Source: Lophium mytilinum | Taxonomy: Eukaryota | DNA: 64,000 bases | Reading direction: 5' to 3' | Assembly (NCBI GenBank): GCA_010093605.1 | Contig: MU004194.1 | Location: forward strand, 906,323-970,322 | Part shown: one piece after another, positions 39,845 to 51,563 of the stretch | Numbering within the stretch: position 1 is the stretch's first letter | How the letters are laid out: the number at the start of each line of letters is the position of its first letter | The notes under the pieces: model-generated | Databases searched by the model: none | Told to the model about the DNA's origin: nothing | The model's input: the letters and a program-made list of their open reading frames with translations, nothing else | Made by a program: the position numbers and the translations under genes

Positions 39845-41786
39845 ATGGTTCTTCACGGGAAGAAGATTTACAACAATGCCCTTCTGGCAGGAGGTCTATC
39901 ATTCATCACTTTCGGGTGGGATGCAGGTGTCCTGGGGGGCATTCTCCTGACCCCAGAGTTCCAGATGGCCATGGGCGTAAGTGACTAGCAATTACTCGCA
40001 TGATCTGTATGCTGATGGTTGCCTGTAGATGCCGAACACCACCACTATATCCATGATAACTTCAGTGTTTCTCTTGGCGTCGTGGTTGGGATGTATCATT
40101 GTGTCATTGTCTGGCCTCTTCTTGGGCCGAAGGACATGGATCATCTTGGGAAGCGCCGTCCAGATACTTGGAACCATCATCTCTGCTAGTAGCTATAGCT
40201 ATGGCCAATTGATCGCTGGTCGAGTTTTGATTGTACGTTGTCCTCTCCAGTCATCAGACTGTATCTAATAGATTACAGGGCATCGGCAATGGCTTCTGTA
40301 CCTCCATGGTGCCCATCTTTGTCGCTGAAATGGCAATCATTACTAGCAAGCGTGGGCAAGGTGTCAACGCCATGCTGGCTTGCGCAAGTCTGGGTACAGC
40401 GTTTGCCTACTGGGTGTGGGTACTGTTCATTGCTCTGTGGAAAATTCACTACTAAACAGAGGACCAGTGACTTCGGAATGGTGTTTGCTCATAACACCCA
40501 GGCCGTATGGAGGTTCCCAGTCGCATTCCAGATTGTGTGGGCATTGTTGACAATTGGGTTCTTGCTAAGAAGCCCAGGTAAGCCAATGCCGAACACGGTA
40601 TTGCCTTCAGATTCTGACCCTTGTGAAAGACACCCCACGATATCTCTATGCACGGGACCGCGATGTTGATGGAGACGCTCTCCTGGAACGCCTTTATGAG
40701 AAGCCCATCAATGACGCCGAAGTCGCTCTCGCAAAGCAGGACATTTTAGCTTCCCTTGAACTCGAGCGCACTACGACTGCAGGCCTCCGCATCAAGGACT
40801 TCTTCTGGGACACCTCCGACCTACAAGCGGCGCGTCGGATTCGAACTGGTATGATCCTCATAGGTGTCGCGTACCTCATGGGCATCGATATGATATTCTA
40901 CTACACGTATGTCCAGACACCATGTTCTCTATAAATTGCCCGGAATCATCTGACAGGCCGCTCAAAGGACTACCATATTCCAAGTATACATAGGTCTGGC
41001 ACCTCTCACTGCTTCAGGTCTGGCTGGTGCAGCAACCTCCGTTTTGGCCATTACCAATTTCGTAGGCGTGGTCTATATGGAGAAGTTCAAAAGGCGCACT
41101 TGGCTCATTTCCGGAGCTATTGGACAGACCGTCTTCCTTGCTGCGTTCACCGGTCTGTTGTCTAGCCCTGGCCATGCAACGGGTGCAGCAGCAGCTGCGA
41201 TGCTCTTCTGCTGGATTGCGATATTTGGGCCAACCTGGTGCCCAGTGACAGTAAGATCACTTCTATCCCCGTAACGTGTGCAAGGTGTACTGATCCGCTC
41301 TTAGTACGTGTATGCTTCTGAAATCATGCCACTCCGTTACCGTCATGTCGGTTTTGCTCTGAGTGTTTCGAGTCAATGGTTGATGGCGTTTGTCACGGTG
41401 TATGCGGGACGTTAGTTACCTATCACCCCCGACTGTCCACAATTCCTGCTAATAAATGCAATAGCTATTGCGATCGCTGACCCTAACGTTGGATGGAAGA
41501 CTTGGATCTGGTTCCTTGTCTTCAATGCTATCGCGGCGCCATATGGTAAGTCGCGAACGCCCGCCACCATACATTTTTGCTAACAAACTCATCAGTCTAC
41601 TTCTGTTGTCCCGAGACCCGCGGCCTCACCCTTGAGGGCATCGATCTTATCTTCATGTCGGCTAGCATGCATGACACGCCTGCTGCGAAGCAACTCGATC
41701 ATGACTTTGCGGCGGAGAGCACTGGGGCCGACACCGATTCCGGAAAGGAGGGAAGCGTTGCTGTTGCTCCGGAGAAGGGGGTTTGA
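39845..41786 (+). CDS. Sugar-porter family MFS transporter; about 8 introns
   Basis: FGWDAGVLGG, LGRR, GRVLIGIGNG, VPIFVAE, WRFPVAFQ, DTPRYL, YASEIMP, PETRGLTLE. Confidence 0.9.
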
Positions 41787-42483
41787 GTAACCTTGGACAC
41801 GCGAACATGGGCTTTGCGGACAGTGTTCAATGATGAAATTCGTCAAAAGTCGAGGTTGCTAGAGAAAATAAATAGACCGTAGAGCAGCTGTTATATCAGC
41901 CAATATCACTGCTTAGCTTTGAGTACGCATATGCTGTGCCGTGTATAGTACCAGAACGTTGTTTTGTGCTCTTAATCTCGCAGTTGATATTTACTGCACT
42001 TCAGGATTCTTAGGAGCTCGGTGAGCCACCCGAACACACTGGTGTAACAGGTCGATCAAAAGCCCTTAGAACCGCTCCAGTCTGCGTTGTTTTCGATGTA
42101 ACGTTTCTCCTAAATTTCTAATACGCAACGAAGGTACATGCATGAGGACACAGACCTTTGTCCCAGCACTGTACTTCAGGTGAAAAGCTGCTATTATTCA
42201 GTAAGAAATATGAATCTCTGATTGGTCTAATCCTAATCACAAAATGAACCTTGAACAGTTCCAAAGTCAGCAGACCATGCTGTCGATAAGATTCACGAAC
42301 AATTCGCCTGATCAGCTGACTTGCGGCTAAGCCCGAACCTCACTTGCCCGCCGCGTCGACCACCTCTCTTTCAACCCCAGTGCTTTCGACGCACCGCAAC
42401 GCACGCGCAAACGGTTCCATTTGTCATATCTCCCCGAGTATGAAATTGCGGCTGCTCAGAGGACCAGACGGGCGCGACGAGCA

Positions 42484-45400
42484 ATGGAGCGAATTGCTAT
42501 AGCAGAGGTGGCACCCACCCTTCCCTCACCCGAGACAAAGGTCATCCACGCCGTAGTCACGCTTCTGTGGCCTTACTCTTCGTCGACAAAACAATGCGCA
42601 CTGCTACTGGCTGACCCGGACTTCCGCCTTCGCCGCCGACAAGGGCAGGTCAGAGTGCGCTTCTCAGGATCCAGTGCGACGGCTATTGCGCAGTCCGGGA
42701 TTGGGATTGGAGATGAAGTTACGCTGAGGCTACAGGGTGCACGGTTTATTGAAGATGTTGGAGACGTCAAGACGCCCGGGAAGAGTGTAGATTGGGAGCT
42801 GGGTTACAGCCGGAGGCTTGTGCTCGAGGTATATCAATGCGGAGACTTACAACGAAGGAGTCAGTGGCTGATCTTGAGGAATAGATTACCCAAGATGGCA
42901 AGGAGCTATCAAACATCGACATTGACGATCGAAACCCGTCGCCAGAACCATCGCTCCCGGACACAATAGTAGAAGCACGAAATATTCCCTCCATGATCAC
43001 ACCCGCCATCGATCGAATCAACACTCAGCACATCAGCTCTCAGATATCTCCAGATCAATGGTCCTCGCCTGTATTCCTCAAACGGACACGTTTATCCGAA
43101 GGATCTCTATTCGGGTCTGAACTGAACACCATGGATACTGCTGAGGATGGAGGCATTACAGGACACCGCCAAAAGAGAAGGAAGAGGAAATCATACAGAG
43201 ATTGGAGCGGCGTATGGACATACTCTGCGAGGACGCCTTCTCCTGAAAAGGAAGAGGCTACATCTGCAGAAGAAGAGGAATCAGAGTCAGCTGAGGAAGA
43301 CGTAGGAGTGACGCCCTCACGTTTCCCGCGTACCCCAATTTCCCCCCCCAAAGGAAAAGAGATTGTTTCAGTTGCAACCCTCCCTCTTGAACAGCCATCG
43401 CCCAGCGAAGTGGCCTCGTACGAGCCACAGCAGTTTGATCAACCTAACTTGGTTCTTCATGAGGTGGAAGAAGTGGTACAATCATCCCATATCTATGATA
43501 GTGGTGCGCCTTTCGTGCAGGAGGGTCTCAGCGATGAGGTGTTCGTTGCAGAGCAAACGGCGCACCATTTTCAGCGCTTTGGAAATGGCGAAACGTTCGT
43601 ACAGGACGATCTCATTGACGACGATGACTTTATCACGACTGAGGAAAGGTTTGATGTCCAAGAGCTGGATAACGACGACCTCTATAGCCAGCCAGAACCG
43701 TATAAGCCTCAGGAGGAGGTAATGTATGAAGGCGACGCGGAGCCGAACACTGAGGATGAAGCCGAACTTGTCCAGGAAGTTGATTCACAGGGCTCACAAA
43801 CTGGTGAACTGGAAATCGAAGAATTGGAGGACTTTCATGGTGACGACCAACACCAGTTTCCCGTAGCGGGCGAAACGTACTGGAGCGAGACAGAAGTAGC
43901 CTCCTCTGAGCTAGACGAAGAGCATGATATGCTCGACCAAGTCGATCAGGAGGACTACGATGAAGAAGAGCAAGAAGAACGGCAAGAAGAACGACAGGAA
44001 CATTATCCTACTGAACCGCCAGAAATTATGGTATTGGGCTCTACAGAAGAAGACAGTTCGGATGAAGACAGTTCGGACGAATCCCTCTCCGATGATGAAT
44101 CGGACGATGAAGAAGAGCCTCATCAGGAACTCCAGAATCGAGAGCGGTCAGGAACGCAAGAGGAACCAATAATTCTTGAAGAGGACTCAGAAGAAGCGAG
44201 CGATACTGAAGAATCGGAGCGTGATCAGGTTTTGAGGCGTCGAGACCGCTCCGGGACCCAGGAAGAACCAATTCAGCTTGGTAGAAGTGTAGCGGTGATG
44301 ATGCCTCCGCCAGATTTGCCGGTTCTTCGCACGAACTTCGCGTCCGCTACCACTTCGCAAGTCCAAACGCCTCTTGGAGATGCACCTACGACTCCGGTTC
44401 TCAAGCCATTGACACCATCTACTCTCCCGATGCCGTCTCCTTTCCCAGGGGAACGAGACGCAAGCTTTGCGTCCTATCTTGATCACCAGCAAGGAGGCTC
44501 TTCGGCTGGAAACGAGGCGAACTCAGAAGATCAGCGCAAAGAGCCTACCCTGGACCCGGATGAGGACGAAACTGACCCGAGCGACTTCTACCATTTGGCG
44601 GTACACAATACACATACTTCTAACTATAGCGACTTACGATTCTCGTTCGGATTTGACGGATCGGCCTCCACTCGTGAGAAGTCCCCGCCGGGGGAGCTTG
44701 CGACTATCTTGCCCGAAGAGGAAGACATAAACCACGTCATTAGTCCAACTATGGGTACTGTCGATAATGCAGGTGAAACGGAGCGACTCTCGCAGATCGA
44801 CGAGCCAGAAGAGGACCTTGTTGGTGAAACTCGCAGCATTGATGCAGATCTAGAAGTCATTGATCCCGCCGAAGGGGCGGACCAACTAGCTCAGGTCGAG
44901 GAGGCCGATGAAGAGACTCTGACCGAAAATCGCGACGACGATATAGACATGGAAAGCCTTGATACGAACGAGAAGGCAGACCAAATTCATGTCGATGAAA
45001 ACGACGAAGATCTTTCGGATGGATCCCACGACGACGACATGGGCGTCCAAGTTATTGGCCACTCCGAGGAGCAGGATGTCGTTTCCGAACAGCAGAGTGG
45101 CCTTTCCAACTCTGATGGAAGTGACGGAGCTCGTCCAGACGATACTTCCAACAGTGATATAGGCGTAGACACTATTGATCATTCCGACCTGGAGAGTAGC
45201 GATCCCAAGTCAGGCGAAAGGCGTGAGGGCTCTCGAGGCGACGATCACGATACGATTACTACGGGCGTAGCCATTTCTCATCAAATTCAAGCAACGCACT
45301 GGCCGCTCGTCGAGGCTGAACAGGCCATGTCTGAAGTCAATTCTTCACGAGAGGTATCCCCTGGTCCTCAAACAGAGCAGAACAGACCTTCCGTGTTCAT

Positions 45401-48400
45401 CGACATTTCGTCCGACGAAGAAGAGGAGGAGTTGGTGGAAGGAGAGGACGAGGGACGAGATGAAATTCACGAACTGCAACAAGAACGGCCTCAAGAACGT
45501 GCTGATCACTGGACTCAGTCTGACGCCCATGATAGCCAAAACCCAACCTCGGAAGATACTATTCAGACGAGTGAAGATCATGGACCTTCTCTTAGCTCTC
45601 CTCATATTACTGAGAAGCCTTATTCGACTAGCCCACCCAATCATCACGAACACGTCCAAAACGATGTGGTAATGATGGACGATCATCAGATAAAGACGTC
45701 AGATATTGATAGCGATAGCGATGGCGAAGAGCTCCCTGACTTCTTTGAGCTCCTGAGCCAGCCAAACCGTTTAGACAAAGACACGCAACAATCCAGCCCT
45801 CCTGATATTCCAGCTCAAGCTGAGGACAACGAGATTGATGGTACACAGGGTCTACCTGTCGCGCTTGAAGTGGAGAACTCTGCTTCTTACCAATCCATAC
45901 ATGAGACACCAGAGGATTACTCTTCTACGATACCCCCAACATCGCAATATGTAGCAGCTGAGCACAAGGAGAGACTTGCTCCTGGATCAGCTGAGATTGG
46001 AGTCCCGCCTTCGTCTAGGCTAACCGAAATCGTGGATCTTGGTGACGGAGAAAGTGACGAAGACGACGACAAAGATGAGGAGACGACCGCCTTCTCAACG
46101 GTTTTGAACGCCTCAAGAAGCGAGTACGACGGTCTTGACAATGTTCCTCAACCTCTTAGCGACGAAGTTAATGATAGCCAGACCGAACTCTTCATTAGTG
46201 CGCCACAATCTTTGATTGTCAAGCTGCGGCTACCGAAGCCCAGTTCAGAGCAAGTCGATGAGGATCCCAAGCTGGACCTGAGCGCGCCCGCAATGAACAC
46301 AAGATCCAAGAAGAATGCCTCGCCTGCTAAAGTTGATCCGCCTCATAGGAACCTGCGTTCCAGGCACCAAGATACGTCGCCCATAAAGAGCAAGAAAGAA
46401 GGTACCAAGGCAGCAAAAGTTGAGCAAGCTCCGAAAATAGAGCCTTCTCCCTTGCCTTCGACATCTCGCTCATCGTCTGTCAAATTCGATGAAAGCCTCT
46501 TCGAGCCTCTAGATTTTCCACTAGACGATATGGATACAGGATCGAAGAGAAAAATTTCGTTGTCTAGATTTCCCCCCGGCACCATCATCAAAGACTCTTT
46601 CGACGATAACTTACACTCTGAGGCATCAATATCCACTGTCCCCTTCTCGGATGACGCGCAGACGGTGACTATGGAGAACTACGATTATCGCTACGGTTTG
46701 GACGATCCTGAGCAACAGCATGTCTCAGAGCCACGGCAGGATCCTAGGGACATGTTACCGCCAGGTGAAGAAGTCCGTCCCCGGCAAGAATCCCATGACA
46801 TAGAGACACAGCGCTCGCCCAGCCCAACCATAGCCTCATCACCACCGGAAGCTCCCTGGGATAATGAAACCACTCCGGGCCAAGTCAGTTATCCGCGTCT
46901 TCCACTCGATAGGTCTAGTCCGCCTGCAACTCAGCCTGAAGCAGATCCGCAAGACATCACCATGCACAACTACTCTCTGGCCGACAGCAACCTTCCGATG
47001 ACACCAGATGCCAGCCAACACCCAGTGACATCGCAATCATTTTCTTTGGGCACGCATATCGATGAGACACTCCAACAAAATACGGACGAGCAGCGCTTCC
47101 AAGAGCCACAGCCTACTTTGGGTACTCACGTTTCAGAGACTTTGCCCGAAACATTGCCACTCTCCCCACAACTTACTCAAGAGACAACTGCAGCGTTTTC
47201 TTCTGCGCCCCCCGAGCGAGTTGAAATGCCTTCGGACTCCGTTCCCCGGTCCTCGGCGACAGGAAAGAAGCCAGTTCCAATTCATGGACAGGAATCTGCT
47301 AGTATAGCTGGGCAAAATCGTGGCCCTGTACACGACCCTTTAGCCAACCTAGACTCTACGCAGCAGAGACCTGTTGAATCACGTAGGCAAAGCAGGTACA
47401 GTCGCGACACTATATGGAACAACCCTCTAGCCAAATCGGAATTCCTGCAGGTAGACGAGATGGTAAATGGTTCAAACTACTCAGCTCCTCGCAAGGGACC
47501 CCGGACTTCCCTAAATACTGGAGACGGTACACCAGAACAACTCCAGAGTTCTTTGACACATTTAGGAGGTAAACCTGCACAACCTCGACATATAAAAAGG
47601 GCGCTCCCATCGCGTGCCAGTGTCGGCGGCACACCTGTTCCTGCGGTCTTGAGTGAGTGGTTTGCGCCACGTTCTAGCCTAGTTGCAAAGGAATCGTCTC
47701 CTGCCACTTCGACGACCAGTCAAGGGGAAGATGGCAGTAGAAGTGCGGTCTTGGAGGAAAAGACTGCACATCTACTTGCACCCACACCAACCGAGCAGGT
47801 CCAGCCTCGCCAAGCTGCGGAAACTCCAAGTCAAGGCTTCCGCACCAATTTGTCTTACTATACGCCCCTATCTAAACTTAACACCTACCTCAACATATCC
47901 TCGCAATCCCTAGACAACTCCCTCGATGTCCTCGTAATTGTTACGCGTGACGCATCACCGGCGGAGCGAGCCAAAAAAGGCCCACGAGATTTCAGCACCG
48001 TTTTTCACATCACTGACGCCTCTATCCATCCGAATGCCATACAGGTACAGATATTCCGTCCTTACCGCGCTGCTGTCCCTACCGCACAGGCGGGAGACGT
48101 GGTGCTCTTGCGCAACTTCGCAGTCAAGTCGCATAAGGGTAAAGAACAGCTACTAAGCTTGGAGGATAGTGCGTGGCGTGTGTGGCGTTTTGGAAAGCCT
48201 TTGTGGGGTATGAAGAAGGGGCAACATGGGGAGATAGAGGCGCGGGAGGAGTGTAGCGGACCGCCAGCTGAAGTGGGCGACGAGGAACGAGGACAGGTGG
48301 AGGTGTTTCGGACGTGGTGGCAGAGCGTAGCTGATATGAATGGGAACAGCATGGGGAACAATGAGGCCGGAGGAAGGCGCGGACATGCTCTGAGGAGCCA

Positions 48401-48407
48401 ACTCTAA
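42484..48407 (+). CDS. Large (~1950 aa) POT1/Cdc13-type OB-fold protein: N-terminal OB-like domain, long acidic disordered linker, C-terminal telomere-binding-type OB; intron 42829-42884
   Basis: N-term VVTLLWPYS..LLADPDFRLRR..GQVRVRF..IGIGDEV; C-term DVLVIVT..P..KGPRDF..FHITD..VQIFRP..P.AQAGDVVLLRNF resembles POT1 OB1; exon 2 from 42885 is in frame with ORF 42993-48407. Confidence 0.8.
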
Positions 48408-48793
48408 GAACATGGTTGATAAGCCTTTATGATGGAGGCGTGGATCACTAAAGCATTATGAAGTAGATTTCGGCAGAAATGTAACATGAATATATTGACA
48501 GTATTACGATGTTTTACTACACGCAAGTTTTGATCTATAGACTTTGATAGCATGGACTCACTGAATAAGATCGTCCGGCAATAAACGGTGAATGATTTGG
48601 GGGCCACAAGAACAGCAATTGAAATCACGTTGGTTGGAGAGAAGGTTTAGAAAAAAATTCATGAAATGTGGACTTAACTAGAAATCATACAGCAGCTGCC
48701 ACCATGGCTATTGGGAAAGCACCATGCGAACAAGTTCACCTAGTCAGCAGTGGGTTCCAGCTACCACGCGAGGGAGTGGAGAAGGGACTCGGC

Positions 48794-49768
48794 CTAATTG
48801 AATGCCCACGAAGCCAATGGCTCCGGCTTGTGGCTCTCGACCCACTCCTTGGAGTACTTGGTGACGAGGCCTGGCAAGTAAAACGAGGATTCTCGCTCGG
48901 CCGAGTCTCGCTTCAGAGTTTTCTTGGTTACCTGGGTTAGCTCTTGGCTGTAAAAGCTCTTGAGCGGAGAGCTCCTCAGGGTATGATCCGGCACCCTCAG
49001 AAGGCGAGCCAAGCAGTGGATGACCAGTCCGAGCTGATAAACATCGGACCGCCTATCGTACTTAGGGCACTCCGGGGGCGAGAAGGCTCTGGCCTGGCGA
49101 CTCACCTGTTCGTTCTTGGCGAGTCCGGTTGTGATATCGCTCATGGAGATACCGCAACCAAAGTCACCGAGAACGCTTCGGGGGTAGAGACCACCGGTGT
49201 CTGTCAAGAAGATGTTTCCAGGTTTGATGTCTCGGTGGAGGATTGAGTCCCAGTCGGGATCAACTTTGTCATCCTCCTTATGAATCCCGTAAACACAGAA
49301 TCGCAGTGCCTTCGCAACATCCAGGAGCACACGCCAGAGGAAGCCTTCAGGCAGGTATACCTGTTTGTTCTCGTACCGATCGATAAGAGTGTCGAGGGCT
49401 CCAAGCTCGTAGAACTCCATGTACATTCGAGGGGTATCACGAGGATCTAGCTCGAAGGCCTTCAGTTGAGCTATGTTGGGATGGCCTCGAAGTTGGCGGA
49501 GGTAGGCAACCTCGCGCTTTGCGTGCAGCTCCCTAACATCCCGTGACGTAAAGCGCTTTTCGATGTATAGCTTGCCGGAGCTCTTGGACTTGACGATGAA
49601 GATCCCGCCATTGAGCGCACCGACGTCGCCGCCTGCTTGCTTCGTTAAGGCTTTTACAAGCTTGAAGTGGGATTCTTCCTTGGCGTGGCTGGGACCCGGG
49701 GCTCGTTCTTTAAGGGAGTGGCCGCGGTGGCCGCGGTGGCCGCCGAAATCGAATCGCGGGAGAGGCAT
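48794..49768 (-). CDS. Divergent NIMA/NEK-like Ser/Thr protein kinase, tandem copy 1 (intronless)
   Basis: IEKR Lys, alphaC REV, HRDIKPGNIFL, LGDFG, FSPPE, SDVYQLG; first ATG at 49768 (MPLPRF). Confidence 0.88.
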   Translation of the reverse strand: MPLPRFDFGGHRGHRGHSLKERAPGPSHAKEESHFKLVKALTKQAGGDVGALNGGIFIVKSKSSGKLYIEKRFTSRDVRELHAKREVAYLRQLRGHPNIAQLKAFELDPRDTPRMYMEFYELGALDTLIDRYENKQVYLPEGFLWRVLLDVAKALRFCVYGIHKEDDKVDPDWDSILHRDIKPGNIFLTDTGGLYPRSVLGDFGCGISMSDITTGLAKNEQVSRQARAFSPPECPKYDRRSDVYQLGLVIHCLARLLRVPDHTLRSSPLKSFYSQELTQVTKKTLKRDSAERESSFYLPGLVTKYSKEWVESHKPEPLASWAFN

Positions 49769-50259
49769 GATTGTTTGGTTCTGAAGCTTTCCTTGAGGTT
49801 TTTGAGACAAGTGGAATCGAAGCGCTGGAACTTTGTGATGTTCTGAAGTTACGATCCAGTTGAATGCTAAAGCTGAAGCTGATGGGGGATTAGAAGGAGA
49901 AGCTGTCAATTTTATATAATGATAACCCAAGTCTAAACAATGTATTGGGTAGCTTTTATTCTTTTACTGACTAGTTTTGTGAGAAAACATACCACGATAA
50001 TCGCGGAACAATGTAACATCGCTCACAATACAGCGCTCACAATGCCACTAGTGTAGTATGAGGCCATAGGTGGAGCACGAGAACAACCGGGAACTGAATG
50101 TAGCAGCATAAGTGTAGGATTACAACCCTTTAAGTAGATGCTTGATATATGCCTAGAAAGGCCTTATAACAATAGCCAACGGATAGAGTTCGCTCAGGAG
50201 GGTGAAGCATGTGCTGTTTTCTCCCGAAGCCTCGACTTGATGTCGTCTAAGCTTTCCGT

Positions 50260-50519
50260 CACAGGGGTCGACAGGAGAGCTGTCACCCCCCCAAATTACC
50301 AGGAGAAATGTTCAAAATACCCAAATTGTTAAATTTAAGTTAAGGGATACCAAAACAAGGTCGCTTTATACAGCTCTGCGTATTTAGATTTTAGAAATTC
50401 TTTCTTACTGCCGAGTTCTTAATATTAGAAGTCTCGTCGCTACCCCATTTCAAAGGATCTGATTGGTTGATCGGCCCGCGGAGGAGGGGGTGGTGACAGT
50501 TCTCCTGTCGACCCCTGTG
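50260..50519. mobile_element. Non-autonomous DNA transposon (MITE), 260 bp, 33-bp TIRs
   Basis: Left 50260-50292 CACAGGGGTCGACAGGAGAGCTGTCACCCCCCC vs reverse complement of 50487-50519 CACAGGGGTCGACAGGAGAACTGTCACCACCCC (31/33 identical); flanked by CCGT at 50256-50259 and 50520-50523; AT-rich non-coding interior. Confidence 0.85.
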
Positions 50520-50612
50520 CCGTTATGGCTCTGATACGTGGATCCAAGAAGCCATTATTGAGACTGACGGACCCCTGGAGATACAGCTTGTCCGTTTAGA
50601 AACCACCTGATA

Positions 50613-51563
50613 CTATTCCCGAAATGCCCATGATTTCAGTGGTCTCGGAGCATTTCGCGCGCAGAATGCTTGGAAATGTTGATCAACTATACCTGGCAAA
50701 TGTAGGGTAGATGGTCGTGAACTTGGATCCGGAAGTAACATTTGTAAAAGGATACCATCGAGGGGGTCACTATAGGGGTTCCCCATTTCCCAGGTCCTGG
50801 AAATTGAGTCATGGTCTGGGACATCAAGATTTTGAATCATGCAATGAATCGTTAAACCCAACTGGAATACATCGCTCCTCCTAGAGTAGGCTGGGGCCTC
50901 GGGTGGTGAAAATTCAGGAGCCTGTCTACTGGTCAGTGCCGATGCAGTACCATTAACGATGTCTATGTCGGAAACTGAGCATCCGAAATCGCCAAGGACA
51001 ATGCGAGGGTAGAGAGCGCGAGGATCGCTTGGGCTGGCGAGGAATACGTTCCCAGGCTTAATATCGCGATGAATGATGGCATTCCAGTTCTCAGGGACCA
51101 TTCCGCCACTCCCAAAGACATAGCCATGCACGCAAAAGCAGAGAGCTTTGCTGAGTTCCAGTAGCGTGTGCCCAACAAAGCCGTGGGGAAGTGTTTCGGA
51201 TCTCCTCCAATAACGCGCTATTAGAGTGTCCAAAGCACCAAGATCATAGAACTCGAGGTAGAGCGCCGGGTGTCTCTGGCGGGGCAGATAACCGAATATG
51301 TGGCAGATGTTAAAGTGGCCTCGTAATTGCTTGAGAGCCTTCATTTCGCGCTCCATATGGCGGGTTTCCATATCCTGCCTCGTGACTCGTTTTTCAACCC
51401 GGAGTTTCCCATGCCGAATAGTTCTCACCAGAAAAATGCCGGCATTGCAAGCTCCACCGTCTCCATCTCCTGGTTGCTTGAGTGTCTTGATAACCACATA
51501 CGGAGACGGTGGCGTGGGCAGCTGGCCTCGACGCGAACCAGAAAATCTAGGTGGTTGTGACAT
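50613..51563 (-). CDS. Divergent NIMA/NEK-like Ser/Thr protein kinase, tandem copy 2 (intronless)
   Basis: VEKR, REM, HRDIKPGNVFL, LGDFG, FSPPE, SDVFQLG. Confidence 0.88.
   Translation of the reverse strand: MSQPPRFSGSRRGQLPTPPSPYVVIKTLKQPGDGDGGACNAGIFLVRTIRHGKLRVEKRVTRQDMETRHMEREMKALKQLRGHFNICHIFGYLPRQRHPALYLEFYDLGALDTLIARYWRRSETLPHGFVGHTLLELSKALCFCVHGYVFGSGGMVPENWNAIIHRDIKPGNVFLASPSDPRALYPRIVLGDFGCSVSDIDIVNGTASALTSRQAPEFSPPEAPAYSRRSDVFQLGLTIHCMIQNLDVPDHDSISRTWEMGNPYSDPLDGILLQMLLPDPSSRPSTLHLPGIVDQHFQAFCARNAPRPLKSWAFRE

Noticed and set aside
43960..44110. Short tandem repeats (12-bp CAAGAAGAACGG and 15-bp GAAGACAGTTCGGAT units)
   Set aside because: Coding low-complexity repeats inside the OB-fold protein; not CRISPR or satellite
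49769..49930. N-terminal extension of kinase 1 in the ORF track (378 aa)
   Set aside because: Begins at a TTG, spans TATA-like AT-rich sequence, and has no counterpart in the other two paralogues; ATG 49768 preferred
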